Of a stretch of DNA of 64,000 bases, positions 26,216-38,900 are shown piece by piece. Positions within the stretch are counted from its first letter, which is position 1; each line of letters begins with the position of its first letter. Source of the DNA: Phoronis australis. Its lineage: Eukaryota; Animalia; Phoronida. Made by a program: the position numbers and the translations under genes. The notes under the pieces are model-generated. The model saw nothing but the letters and a program-made list of their open reading frames with translations. It was not told the origin of the DNA and did not search any database. The DNA lies in NCBI GenBank assembly GCA_002633005.1, contig NMRA01000148.1:248001-312000 (forward strand). Direction: 5' to 3'.

Positions 26216-27034
26216 TACGGCCCGTTTTAACGATCAATTTCAGTCACCTAGCTCTTCGTCAATTATACACAAGTGCATAACCCCCCTCCCCTACACACCA
26301 CATGTTGCATCCGAATTCGCAGCTGGTGCTGGTGGGCCACCATTTTCCCCAACGACTTGAAGATTATCTTCAGGACACGGCTGACTTTTCCGGTTTCCAC
26401 CGCACAACATCCGTGCACTCTCGGAGTTTGAAGGTGTGCCTCCGTTTATAACGCCTTGCTGGGTTACACGCGTCTTCTTTTTCTTCTTCGCAGGTTTTTT
26501 CATGGTTTTACGTCACTATCCATTCGGCAATTTGCAGCAATCCATTAAGGTAACTTTGATATTTTCTTAGTAAACAACAGGAATCACATTGCGGAAGGTC
26601 GGTTACCAACAACGCATTCCGCTTTGCGCACCTGTCGTCGCGCAGCTGTACTATTTCGCCATCTAGCGGTTAAAGAATAAACTGACTAAACTTGACAGTA
26701 TTTTTCGTGGAGAAATTTCGTATCTTACTCGATGGTCAAGTTATTATTTTTTGTTGTTCTTTGTTAGCGAGTCGTACCATCCATGAGTCTATGAGCACAT
26801 GGTCTTGCAAAATGGCGGTTTTAAGTATGCCTCTACCATTTCCAAGTAGAGTAGTAACATACTGACATACCTTGCCATGGTTCAATGATTTTGATTTTGT
26901 TAAAAATTGACACTGAGAAAGCTAGGGCCAGCTTGCACTTCATTCAGTGCCAGTATAACTATAAGCTATGTGTATTTTTTCTACTGTCCTGAACTTAATC
27001 AACTGTGTAAATCAGTGGCTAATTGGGTATAAAG
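26216..27034. repeat. 820-bp tandem duplicate of 25396..26214, including a second LIAT1 exon 1 (26299..26503)
   Basis: Identical except ~5 substitutions; copies are joined by a single N at 26215. Confidence 0.92.
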
Positions 27035-27123
27035 GCAAATAACTGAGCCGCTCAGTTTTACGGTAAAACCACTGCAATAAATGAAATCGGGTCAAAATGA
27101 TTCACTCCAGCTGAGCTGAGCAC

Positions 27124-27277
27124 CAGTGCTGTAGTGGGGCGTAGGCGCATGTATGCGCAGCCAACCACCATTTGGCACTTGAACGTGGCGCCTACGCACC
27201 GTAAGTTCCGTTCAATGCTGAAGGTAATGTAGTGGGCTTTGGGCGCCAACTTGCCTCGTTTTACCACTACAGCACTG
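27124..27277. mobile_element. hAT-like MITE
   Basis: 14-bp perfect TIR cagtgctgtagtgg / ccactacagcactg. 8-bp TSD ctgagcac (27116-27123) / cttagcac (27278-27285) with 1 mismatch. Related copy at ~61095..61223. Confidence 0.85.
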
Positions 27278-28616
27278 CTTAGCACGTGATCGACCGGACT
27301 GCGTTAAAAACTAAATCCTTGCAGGATAATCATTGTTCGTTTGAAAAGGCGTTTGCTCGTTTTCACGGATACATCCTTAGCCTTTCGTACCTGGCTTGCA
27401 CTTGATGGCCTCAGCATTAATGCTATAAATTGTGTCTGAACTCAAAATGTCGAGTTTTTACACAAGTTTGTAGCTTAATCTCAGGGTCATCAAGTGCGAC
27501 TTTGGACTAGGCACTCATCAACATAAACCATAATATACTCTGGCAGAGAAAAGCAGACAATCAAGTTTGAAATACAGAGCTTCTAACGTTAGTTACTCTA
27601 TCCTTGGCTGGTGAAAAAAGTGGGAAGAATAGAAAACAACTAAATGTCGCGTTGCTGGTTCAGATTATAGCTTTCTCTGTTGATACCCTATCTACCGTAT
27701 ATCGTCAAATCATGCGGCTCCTTACTGATAGTCATCAGTTTCGTCTTCATATTAATATTTTCACTGTATTGAAAATGTCAACTGGATCGGAAAACATAAC
27801 AACAATGGGCAATTTGTTCAAGAAATCATCTCGCGCTCATATTGCATTTAGTGTAAACAGAATGTTCACTTAATACATCTTTTGTTCGCACTTGGCTTGA
27901 CACTGTTTGAAGATACGACGAAATGCAATCAAACATCGTGCTGCGATCTTTTTAGAAATAACAACACCTAACAATGACAGTTCTCCGTCAGCTACGCAGT
28001 GTTTTCACCGGATCAGTTTATTCAGACAGACTGTCGTAGTTAACAACACAAGCTACGCGCAGATGGACGCGCATGTGGTAGTCGTAAGGGAACTCTGACA
28101 AGTAGCAGTGACGTTTATTGAATTCACTTCAGCGCGATTGGATTAGGTACAACTTAGTCTATTACTTTTGAGGCGGCGAAAGTGGATTTGAGATCGAGTG
28201 TCAATCAAGAACTTGAGGGCCTATAAAGATCTTGCGTTGTAAAGCCACCTGTCGCTTTGTGCGTGATGTTGTCTTTAGTTTAACGGTTGGTGATGGTAGT
28301 TCGGGGGTGCCATGTCCATCGATGTTGCAGCGCAAACTGTGATCGTGGTTGTGGACAATCAATAAATCAATCACGAAAATGAATCGCATAAAGTTGATCG
28401 ATGGTTTGACTTGCATCTTATAGTATTGTATTGTTAAGCAATAATTACTGCTGTTTTATACGGAATGGCATGGACTTTGATAGCTTATCATAACGTTGCA
28501 CTAACAGAGAAGACCACTAGGGCGATGTCGAGCGATCATTCGATAACAAAATCACAGATGCCTCAAGCTATTCCATTAAGGTAATTAATACACTGGTGAT
28601 CTGACGTTTGAATGAC

Positions 28617-29920
28617 ATGGACGTGTACATACCCTGTCAGGTTGGCCCTTCGGAAGACAGCGAAGAAACAACACAATTTGAAATGTGTAACGAGAAAGGC
28701 AAAACTGATTCACTACCGGAAAAATGTATAAAGGGTAATTCAAATCTTCAACAAAACCCTGGCTTTTCTCACCCCATACCCGTAAATAGGAGGAATACTC
28801 TTCCGCCATTACTGTCATTGCCATCATCAAAGACTGTTGAAGATGCAAGAAATATTTCTGCGCCTAATGTGAAAAAGCAAGAGCCAGCCATGGAAGTAAG
28901 CGCAGACGACCCTCGCAACGAAAACGGTAAGATTGCGTCATCTGACACTGTCGACACCAACGGTGATGGTTGCACCATTGTCAGCACGAAAAATTGGTGT
29001 GAGAAACGTACATCTTTGATATCGACGTCATCAAATGGAAGAGTGTCAAGTTTGAGCACTAGATCGAAAGGACTCCGTCAGTGGAGGAAGTTGAAAAATA
29101 CCGTAAATGTTGCCAACATTGTACGAAAACAGGAACGCCAAGATTCATTCCTGGCAAAGTTTTCTACGAGACAGACAACGGATAAAAATTCGGAAAAATC
29201 CGAGGCGCAGAGTAGCGATGATGAGGTGGATGAGGAAAAAGGAGTTAAGAAACAACGCAGTTGGTGCAGTTTAAAACATTACGTAATAAACGGAGAGAGT
29301 AATTTCATGTTTTACTGGCTTGGCATAATCACATTAGCAGTGCTGTATAATTCGTGGACGATTATCGCGCGTGAAGCGTTTCCACAAATTCAACAGAACA
29401 TTGACTATGTCTGGTTCCTCTTGGATTATATAATGGACGGGATATACCTAGTTGATATAATTGTTCAAATTCGAACAGGATATCTGGAGCAGGGAATATT
29501 AGTGTACGACTGGAAGAAACTTGCAAGATATTATACTATGTCGCGATATTTTGCTATGGATTTATTTTGTTTAATGCCATTGGACATTCTGCAGTTCTGG
29601 ATAGGAATACATCCAATAGTAAGACTTCCTCGTCTAGTAAAGGTTTACAGGGCATTTCAATTTCTATATTTAATCGAATCAAGAGCGTCTTTTCCGAACC
29701 TCGTGCGCGTTTTAAACTTAATACATATTCTGTTTTTCGCATGCCACTGGTTTGCGGCGTTCTTTTTCATGATTTCGAAGTCTCAAGACTTTCTCGGCGA
29801 TTGGACGTATACGCCATCCCTGAACAATACAGTTACCCGGATGTACCTACATTCGTTATACTGGGCTACACTGACATTGACCGCAATTGGAGACCTTCCA
29901 CCACCAGAAACAAACGAGCA
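28617..29920 (+). CDS. CNG channel exon 1 (N-terminus, S1-S5, pore)
   Basis: 438-aa ORF with RTGYLEQG and RLPRLVK (S4); donor CA|gtaagt. Confidence 0.93.
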
Positions 29921-32900
29921 GTAAGTGTACTTTCTAGGCACCGCTGCAAGTAACTGCGACCCCAAGAACCATAGCAACAGTAAAGTTGCCCAATTTATGG
30001 AAGCTATTAGTTAATAATCATTGCCGAAATCAGTTTATCAAAAATTGTGAAAACAAAAATATGAAGTAACGAAAAATGGGAAAAGCACTTCACATGGTTA
30101 ACGGCAGACTATTCTTGATTTCGCCAACCACAAGGACTTCAAATGGGCCGAGCAAGTGTATTTCAAAGGGCCATAGTGGGTATTTGACGTATAAAGTGCT
30201 TCATAATCCTGAAAACCCCATATTATGTAGACAGAAAGAATGAAAATGAAAACGAAAGAAAATAAGTAGATTAACATTATATTTCACAAAAAGTAAATAA
30301 GAATGAGATTTTGACATTATTTCATTGACAATACAGTTTGTATTGTACAGCTCTCATCATTGGAGTATATGGTGATATACTGGAAGCATTTGACATACCC
30401 TGAATAATACGCTTACAAGGAAGTCACACATTTCTAAAGATATGCGGAAATTTGCACCGTTCGTCCTTCTGAGCGGCTTTTACCAGGATCAAAGAGAGCG
30501 CGGCGCCGGAATCAGGTACAATTGTGATGACCGCGGAGCCAGATGCGAGCAAGACCCATAAACTGTATTAAACATCTCTGAGTGTACATAATGGCGAATT
30601 TTCAAAATGCATTAACCACTAATTTTCGTTAAAAACGAACACCACGGCGATATTCAGCTGGAAAAAAAAACAACCAAGTACGGTTTTCGATTTTTAAGAA
30701 TTGATGAACTAATAATCTAAAAACTACAACCATTGGCTACGCGATTGAAGATAAACTACCGCGCGTATTGATATACTCGGTGGATATGCAAACGTCGATC
30801 AGAGTTAACAATATCACTTGGATTCATTTTTTTAATATTCTTTCAATCTCGTGTAACCAGATTTTTGACAAGGAAACAGTTGTACTTAACTTGTGCCCAC
30901 TTTTCATTTTTTATTACTGACAAAGAGCTTGAATAGTTATATAGTCAGTGCCACCGAAATTGTCCAGAGATTCCAAATCTTCACTTCTAGTTATCACCAT
31001 ATTTGCACTTTTTGTATATATTTTATGATTTGAGTTCTAATTAAGATTAAACTTTAATGACACGTGAAATGTTTAGTGTACCTGTAATGTGGAAAATTTA
31101 GGGATGGGCTCACAATGAACTTAACTAATTAAGTTTCGCAGGCGATCAAAATCTACCACTGTTTTGGTACTTCAAGTTTAAAACTTAGATAAAAAGTTAC
31201 CAACCCATTCCCGGTAAGAAAAAAACAAGTGGGCAGAAGCATTAAAAATTAAATAAAGAAAACCAATATGAAACATATCGTTCCTTTGGGAAGTGGCCCT
31301 TTGTGAAGATAAACACAAGTTAACCTTTTAGTCATTTTGTAATATTTATAATGTACCGAGTTAAAACTACTCTCCAGAGTTGCAGGCTGTAACTCTGCAA
31401 ATGTCAGAGGAAACCAAATTGGAGGTACTAACAACAACCATTGTTGAGACAGTAATGATGCTAGCTATTATCTTTCCACTTCATTAGCTCAGATCTACAT
31501 CAGTACAAAGGGCGTGCTGAATAGGCATCGTAAAAGTTGTCTGGGGCTAAGGGAATTTGAGCGGTGACCAGTGCAAGCGAGAAATTCTCCACATGAAAAT
31601 ATTTTCTCGAATTTGAAGGCGCTTTACCGCACTCAACACAACAGGTCGGATATTCTTCCGCGAATGTCACTGTGTCAGTATTATAATTTGAGGTGAAAGT
31701 CAGTCTCCATAAACTAATTTCAATTATTCGATACAATTCTTCCTTTTATTCTTTTAACAACTAGTGATCCTTGCGACTTTCAGATTCTCCAAAACAATCA
31801 ATAGATATAAACATTTGGTTTTATCCCAATAAAATAATATGGAACTTAATTTCCGCTGGCAAAGGTTTAACTGTGTTGACCACAAGGTGTCATCTGTGAT
31901 TTTCGCTTAAAATAACTAAATTATTGATTCACGACTTCATCATCACGCATTGATACAGGTTTGGCGATATAGCAGACGTTGACGTTACTGATGTTCCTGA
32001 TATTCATAGTAATGGTGTAATATTTATTGTAAGCAATAGTAAAAACACAGTAACACTAAATTAATAGCATAGTAATAGCATTGGAAAGGTAACAATAATA
32101 GTTGTAGTAATGTTTGTGGTAAGCAATAGTAATAGCAAAGTAATAATAAAAAGTAATAGCATATTAATTGTAATAGCATAACAAAGGTAATAGTAAAGTT
32201 TGTAGAAATAGCAATGGGTAATGGCACAATAATGGCAATAGTAGTAGTAGTAGTCAAAGTAATGGGTAGTGATTCCCTAGTAACTGTTCACATGTCATAA
32301 AAAAGTAAAGTTCAATTTCAATATTTGCTTATAATTGTCACATATCAGAACATGACAAAGGGATCATTTTTTTATTTCAGGTTTCTGTTCACAATTGCAA
32401 GTTATCTGATTGGCATATTCGTTTTCGCCACTGTGGTTGGTAAGTATAACGGACTATGACGTCATAGAAGTATTAATAAACTTCGATTTTCACTTCTTCT
32501 TTTCGGGAGGTTGGCTTTACGTTAATATTTTTGTTGTGAACACGAGTTTTATTGAAACCAAAGCACGTTACCTTTAAAGAAAACTTCCGTGCTAAAATAG
32601 GTTGTTTGCTACATATAAATTCACTTATAGAAAACATTGCATTTCAATGACATTGCCACCGCCCAGTCTTTCGGAAAGGAACAAATTAGCGATGGACAAC
32701 AATGGGACAGCGCGTTTTGAAAATGCAGTAGCACAGCATGACTTTAATGTGCACACGATGTCGTTTTCATTTGAAAGAGACCTTCTCTCCATAGTTGTCC
32801 ACTGAAAATGACAACTGAAATTACACCTTTGGAAAACACTTTCCCACTGGATGCTTTTAACCGTTTTCACTGTACTCCCACGGGCGTAGACATTAACTCG

Positions 32901-35900
32901 TTTTTCACTGTACTCACGTGGACTCGTTTTAAAAACGTTGTTGACACTGCACTCTCACGAACGGCGAAATGCGTTATTCGAAAACGTCGTTTTCACTGTA
33001 CTTGTGTGGACGACGAAAACAGAATTATTTTAATACGCTGACATCACGCGTATTCGCGTGTAGAGAAATAACGATACGTGAGACCGAAAAATTTCGAAAA
33101 CATAAAAAGTTTTTGGACAGTGCCATTTTCTTCTCTCATGCGCATTTTGGTGTTGGCTAGAAAGCAATGAGCAAAATTCACATGCTGCAAATATAAACCA
33201 GGCTCTTCAGTCACTCAAAATACGCCTAACATAACAGAAAATGATTTTATCTATCAAATCGAATCAAACAGTTTAGTAGAACAGCCTTATTACTTTCAGA
33301 GTACATATATGTGGGCGGAGTTAGGGGGCTCAGGGACACCATCTACGGACACGACCAGAAAAAGTCCGCCAACATGGATTTAACAGCGTTTACGCCTTTT
33401 TTTTCGAAAACGTAGTTGCCCCCTCCCGTCATTCATAGGTCCGCTACTGCAGGGTTCGTGCAAGCCTTAAGAAGTGGCAGAAATCAGTTGCAATATTGGC
33501 AAGGAGCATTTTGAGACTTAGAATCTGCTTCATTTAAAATTGACCTTACGCTCCACACAAGTATTTCTGAAAAAAAAAATTTCACTTTAGCAAAATACAT
33601 AGTCTATGAGAATATACCCATTACATCTAGTTTGTGAAATAAATTGTAAAAGTTATTTCTAGGTGGTGCTGATAACCCCTTGTTTAGTAATTGTGAAATC
33701 GGAGCGTAAGACCAACGCTTTGTCTTAAAGTTCCATCACTTTTCATGAAAAAGATCCCTACGGTATCTGAGCTAATCTGTTTACTCTATGGTTTTTAAGT
33801 TAAGTGGCAAATTAGAACTGAAATGCCCATTTCAGGCATTTACGTAATGTTTATTACCTGTGCACAACAATGTCTATCCTTTGACTGTGAGCAAATCTCT
33901 TTGAAATGTCTCGTGCACTCTTTTTTATATCATGAAATACTGAACTTTTCACAAAGACTTATAGTTTGCCTGTATTGCTCTACTATTGCTCTACTATTGC
34001 TCTACTATTGCGCTACTATTGCAAATATGAAATTTAATCCTATGTTTAACAAAAAACGACTATTTTTTCGCTTATGAAAGCGTTTTAAAAGAACTACGTC
34101 CTGGAGTTAATGTCTTGTGTAAAACTCATTTCCAAAATCAATAACTCGAGGTTTCCATTAAAGGCGTGAAAGCGTTCCCCACTTTTGAAACTTAACAATT
34201 TTGTTAGCACATTTCTTATAATATCTTACGTCACACACATTTTGAAAACCTTGCACGAATCGACCATTTAATCTGAACACAAAATATTTTCCTTTTAGGC
34301 CAAGTGGGCAATATAATTACCAACAGAAATGCTGCTCGACTTGAATTTGAACGACTTCTGGTAAGATTTTGAAAGGATTACCACTCATTTTGACACGTGG
34401 TTGACTACAGGCAATGTTGACAGTACCCACCAAACCGTTGATCCCATAACAGTTGCACTGTTACAGTGTTTGCATCGTGACAGGGTTCGGTGTTGGCGCA
34501 CCTCAGATTACTTAGTCATAAGACTTCGTCAGAAATTTTAATTATTCAGTCATCGTGACGTAAGTTTATAGTTGACTACCTGCATTTTTAGTATGCATGT
34601 GAATTTATAAACAAGGGCCTAGCTGACGAGGCGTTTTAATTAGCTTTTGTCCCAAGTGCCATCTTTAGTAAACAGTCTCATTTTAAACGTTATTTCGGAA
34701 TTTAATTTTGTTCCTATGTCATTCAACATGCAACATTTTTCATATTCACACACTTTTGTGCAAAGATTTATGGCCTCCTACGATGCTTTCGCGCTAATAA
34801 TTTTTGAAGAGAATTTTTTTTTAAATCTGCATTTTGCTCAGTTTGCCTGGCTAAAAAAAGAAAATCGAATTAGGAGTTTTATTCTCATAAAATCGGCCTC
34901 ACACTAGTGATAGGATGTCGCTTTCCTTACCTACAATAATATCGCAATCATCAACGACTCAAGAAAACGCTTCAGAGTTTATTGCGTTTGGCTAACCCTA
35001 AAATTACGAAGTCAGAAAAGGCGCTTGCACGCAGTGCCTGTGACTTGAACTGTCAGTTTATTCGGCCACAATTCAAGTCCGGGTTTCCATGGCAATGATT
35101 TTAAATTCCAAAATGCTTCCGTTCAGAATTCAACATTAAGACTGAAATCTGAAACAGCGGCGACATACAGCTTTAAGTATTAGGTTATACTCACATAAAG
35201 ACAACTGAGACATTCTCTGTAAATAAATAATTGCTGCATGTCTCCATTAAGAAAATTTGTATTCATGTAGGATGGTGCTAAGTCTTACATGGAAAATCAT
35301 GCTGTCCCAAAAGATGTACAAGTTCGGGTTCAGCGGTGGTACGACTATACATGGTCAAGGTAAGACAGGTGCACTTTGTCGGAAACTTTCGACATGAATG
35401 GTCTAAGGTGTGAGTTCCAGGTTTGAATAAAGCTTAAAAGACGTATCATAAAGGTCTGAATCCGGTTGTACTATGAAAAAGAATTTCGTAGAGAACAATT
35501 AGACTGCTCGCAAGTGCACAATACGCGCACATAGTTGTGAATAATGCTGATGACGTCAATGCAAAAATCAAAATAATTTTTTAACAACAGTTGAAAGTTT
35601 ATACAGTAAATCAATCATTTCTTTAGAGGTCGCATGCCGGGTCAAGGGGGCGGAGACATCAACTCGTTGGGATTACTTCCAGATAAATTGAAGGCTGAAC
35701 TGGCGTTGCATGTGAATTTGGAGACGTTGAAAAAGGTGAGTCAAGCTTCAGGCATCACCATTGACCTTTTAACAGTGAAAAGCACGCGCAGAGCGTGTAA
35801 ATTGTACACATGCGTAAGAGTAATCGTAGTAGACTAGTTCTTTGAGACTAGACGGCCCCCGATCTATTTTGACTCACGATTGGTCATAAAATAACGGGAA

Positions 35901-38900
35901 TCCAACAAAAACACTGGCCGATCCCCTCTACACAATGGTAGTGTTTTATTTTTTTATTCCACGCTGATGTCTGCCCGGTAATGATAACACCCGGCGTTAA
36001 GAACTGACCCTCCGCGTATACTGCGCTCATGTTCTTAGTTCGTACAACATACGCAGAACTGGTGTAAGCCTTATCCTACAGGCTGAACCCTTGGTTTCGT
36101 ATTATGTTGCTTACGAAGTTTATGGGAAGCTAAGAATTATTTATTATGTACAGAATAATAACAAAATAACAAGCAAACGGTGTTTTGTGCATTCTACCTT
36201 ATAAACGCGCTAGTCAACGCAAGTGATATCCCAACTATACGCGCTGGAGGCCATAACGAGGCTAGAACCATAGAATCTAGTACATCTTGTAAAACACCTG
36301 GAGCTCATATAGATAAAAGCCTGAGAAATTTATTTCGAAAAGCCTAAGGAAAATTTTAATGGCAAAACAGTCCCATCACGGTACAACATCCCTTTTAACC
36401 AGTTACAGCCAGAGGCTCTGTGGTCACGTGGACCGGTGTTTGCTTGAATACATGGGCGAAGTGGTTTCAAAGGAAATACTGAACGGATCTTTACCAAATT
36501 TATAAAATATAAAGACGATTATGTGTCGCACGACCGTATTGATTTCTGGTGAATTAGGCACGGAACAGATTTTGATTTGAAATTTCATATGTGCGACGTA
36601 AATTTCAATCTCCTGACCCCATCACAATAGTAAGTAAGGTTATTACCGAGGAAATCGTGCAGTTTTTGCGTGACGTCATGAATCATGCCTGAAGCTATTT
36701 GTGGCAGTGAATATACATGAGCATAAAGTACTTAAGTAAAGATGGCAAGATGAAATCCCACTTGAAGACTTCTGCTAAATATCAAAAACTGATTGAAAGA
36801 ATTTCCCCATCGAAAAACAAGAAATACACCGTACATTTGAAAGTTACTCGAGGTCCCATAGAGTATATGGTACGAATGTTGACTGGGTATGATTTTCTCG
36901 AAAGAACCACGCTTGCCATTACGTTTATCTATTAAGTCACACTACTTTTCAGGTTTCTATATTTCAAGAATGTGAGCCTGAATTTCTACATGAACTGGTA
37001 CTGAAAATGAAAGTTTACATCTTTACTCCGGGAGATTTAGTTTGCCGACGTGGCGAAGTGGCTCGCGAGATGTTTATAATCGCCGATGGCGTGCTTGAGG
37101 TTCTCAGGTACGTGCTTCGTGGAGTTCACAATCGTCTGCTTTCATTCGTTTGCTTCCCGACCCTGTCGCACACGCATTGAAATTTAAAGACTCGCCCCTT
37201 CTGACACCATTCGGAGCACCTCTGATATTTTAGGAGCTTCAAATTTCCCCTCGGAAGTGAACATTATCGGTGCACGTGCGGATATCAGTCATACAGTAAG
37301 CCATGTGACCTTCAAACTGGAGAATGATTGGCTGTATGGCTGATGTTCACTCATGTACAGATAACGTTCACCTACGGGGAACTTTATGGTTACGAAAATA
37401 CCCGAGGTCTTCTGGATGGTTCTGACACTACAAGAAAACATTTTAATTTTATCTTTTATACTGTCTTGTACGGCAAACAGATTCCAGGCAACTCTACCTC
37501 TAACATCATTGAGAAAAACGACGTTAATCAACCCAAGCCGAGTGCTCGTCTGATCTCTCTAGTCTGTGTTTGCAGTGAGAGGTTGATGACGCGTAGTTAG
37601 ACGGGTGAGAAACAACATGACCACCGGTCCTCCAAATCGGAGTTATTACTATCATTATCATAGTCGTTATCGTTATCAATACAATTATTACGACGAAGGT
37701 TTGATTAAAGGAAGATATTTTGACTTGCAATTCATTTTCATGTGACGACCATGATAATATTTCCTAAACTAAATTGTGTTGTTGGAATACCTATGACTGT
37801 CCTTGGCTACAACACGACTTTTTGGTATTTCCAGCCCCACTGGGGATCTTATCGTTACTCTAAGCTCTGGAGGATTCTTCGGCGAGATTGGAATACTCAA
37901 TTTGGAAGAGGTTGTCAATAGGTAAGTTTAAAATTAAAAGCCCTACAATGCAAGTCTTTCTTGCATTTTTTTCAGGAATGTATTCTTCGAGCGAACAAAA
38001 CTAATAATTTCGCAATTTCGCGTTCGTGCAATAAACGTTCAAGATACTGGAAAAAATTGCAAACGAAAGGGTCTTCAAATCCAGATGGCATGTGCTATCA
38101 GAAATCTCAAAATCGGAAACTTCAAACTAAAAGAAAATAACTTTCAGACAACACGTTAAGCATACCGCTTCTGGGGACCGCTACGCTCGGTGGTAGCCAA
38201 GACAGTCGTAAACTGATGTTTTTGAGAAGTCGACGCTTTGTTCTTAAGAGAAAAATAAAATGTTTTGAGGTAAATTTGACCATAGATCAAATTCACAAAC
38301 TATATGTATCATCCTCATAAACCACTGCAGTGATCTTATGACGGTCGGCTACGACTGACCCTGGAGCACTGCGCGGACATAATACACAACTTAATTCAGA
38401 ACTTGAATTGCTTATTCTTCTGAAAAACTCAACATCCAAAGAAAACAAAACTCGTCATTGAAACACACCCATGCACTTGAAATCTCAATAAAAATTAATC
38501 AATAAATTTCTCAATTTCCTGTTGAAGAAGTGGTGACTGTGTATCCCGCCTTCCTCACAACAAGCGGTTGATCACACGACGAACTGAATAGTCTGAGCTT
38601 GATCTCGCGACGCTCAATAATATGATCTGTAGCCTTTGTCTTGGGAATGAATGAGACTTCAGCACAGATGCTAATACAAAAGTCACAAAAATACAACAAT
38701 GGGTCAGTGATGTTTTAAACTGGTTTTAAATCAAGATCCGTGCTGTTTTTACTTCAGGTTTATGGGAAAATAATTTTGGCACCCATATAAGCTGAACAAG
38801 GAACTCAGAAGGCTACGACCCAAAATGATTTGGTAGCTTGCTCCTGTTTCAGAACAGGTCTCCAAGGTAGTTCCAAAATACGTGAAATGCTTTTCTGAAA

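Noticed and set aside
26291-26503. Independent 70-aa gene or second LIAT1 paralog
   Set aside because: Exact copy of LIAT1 exon 1 within the N-joined duplication; the ORF is exon 1 read into the intron.
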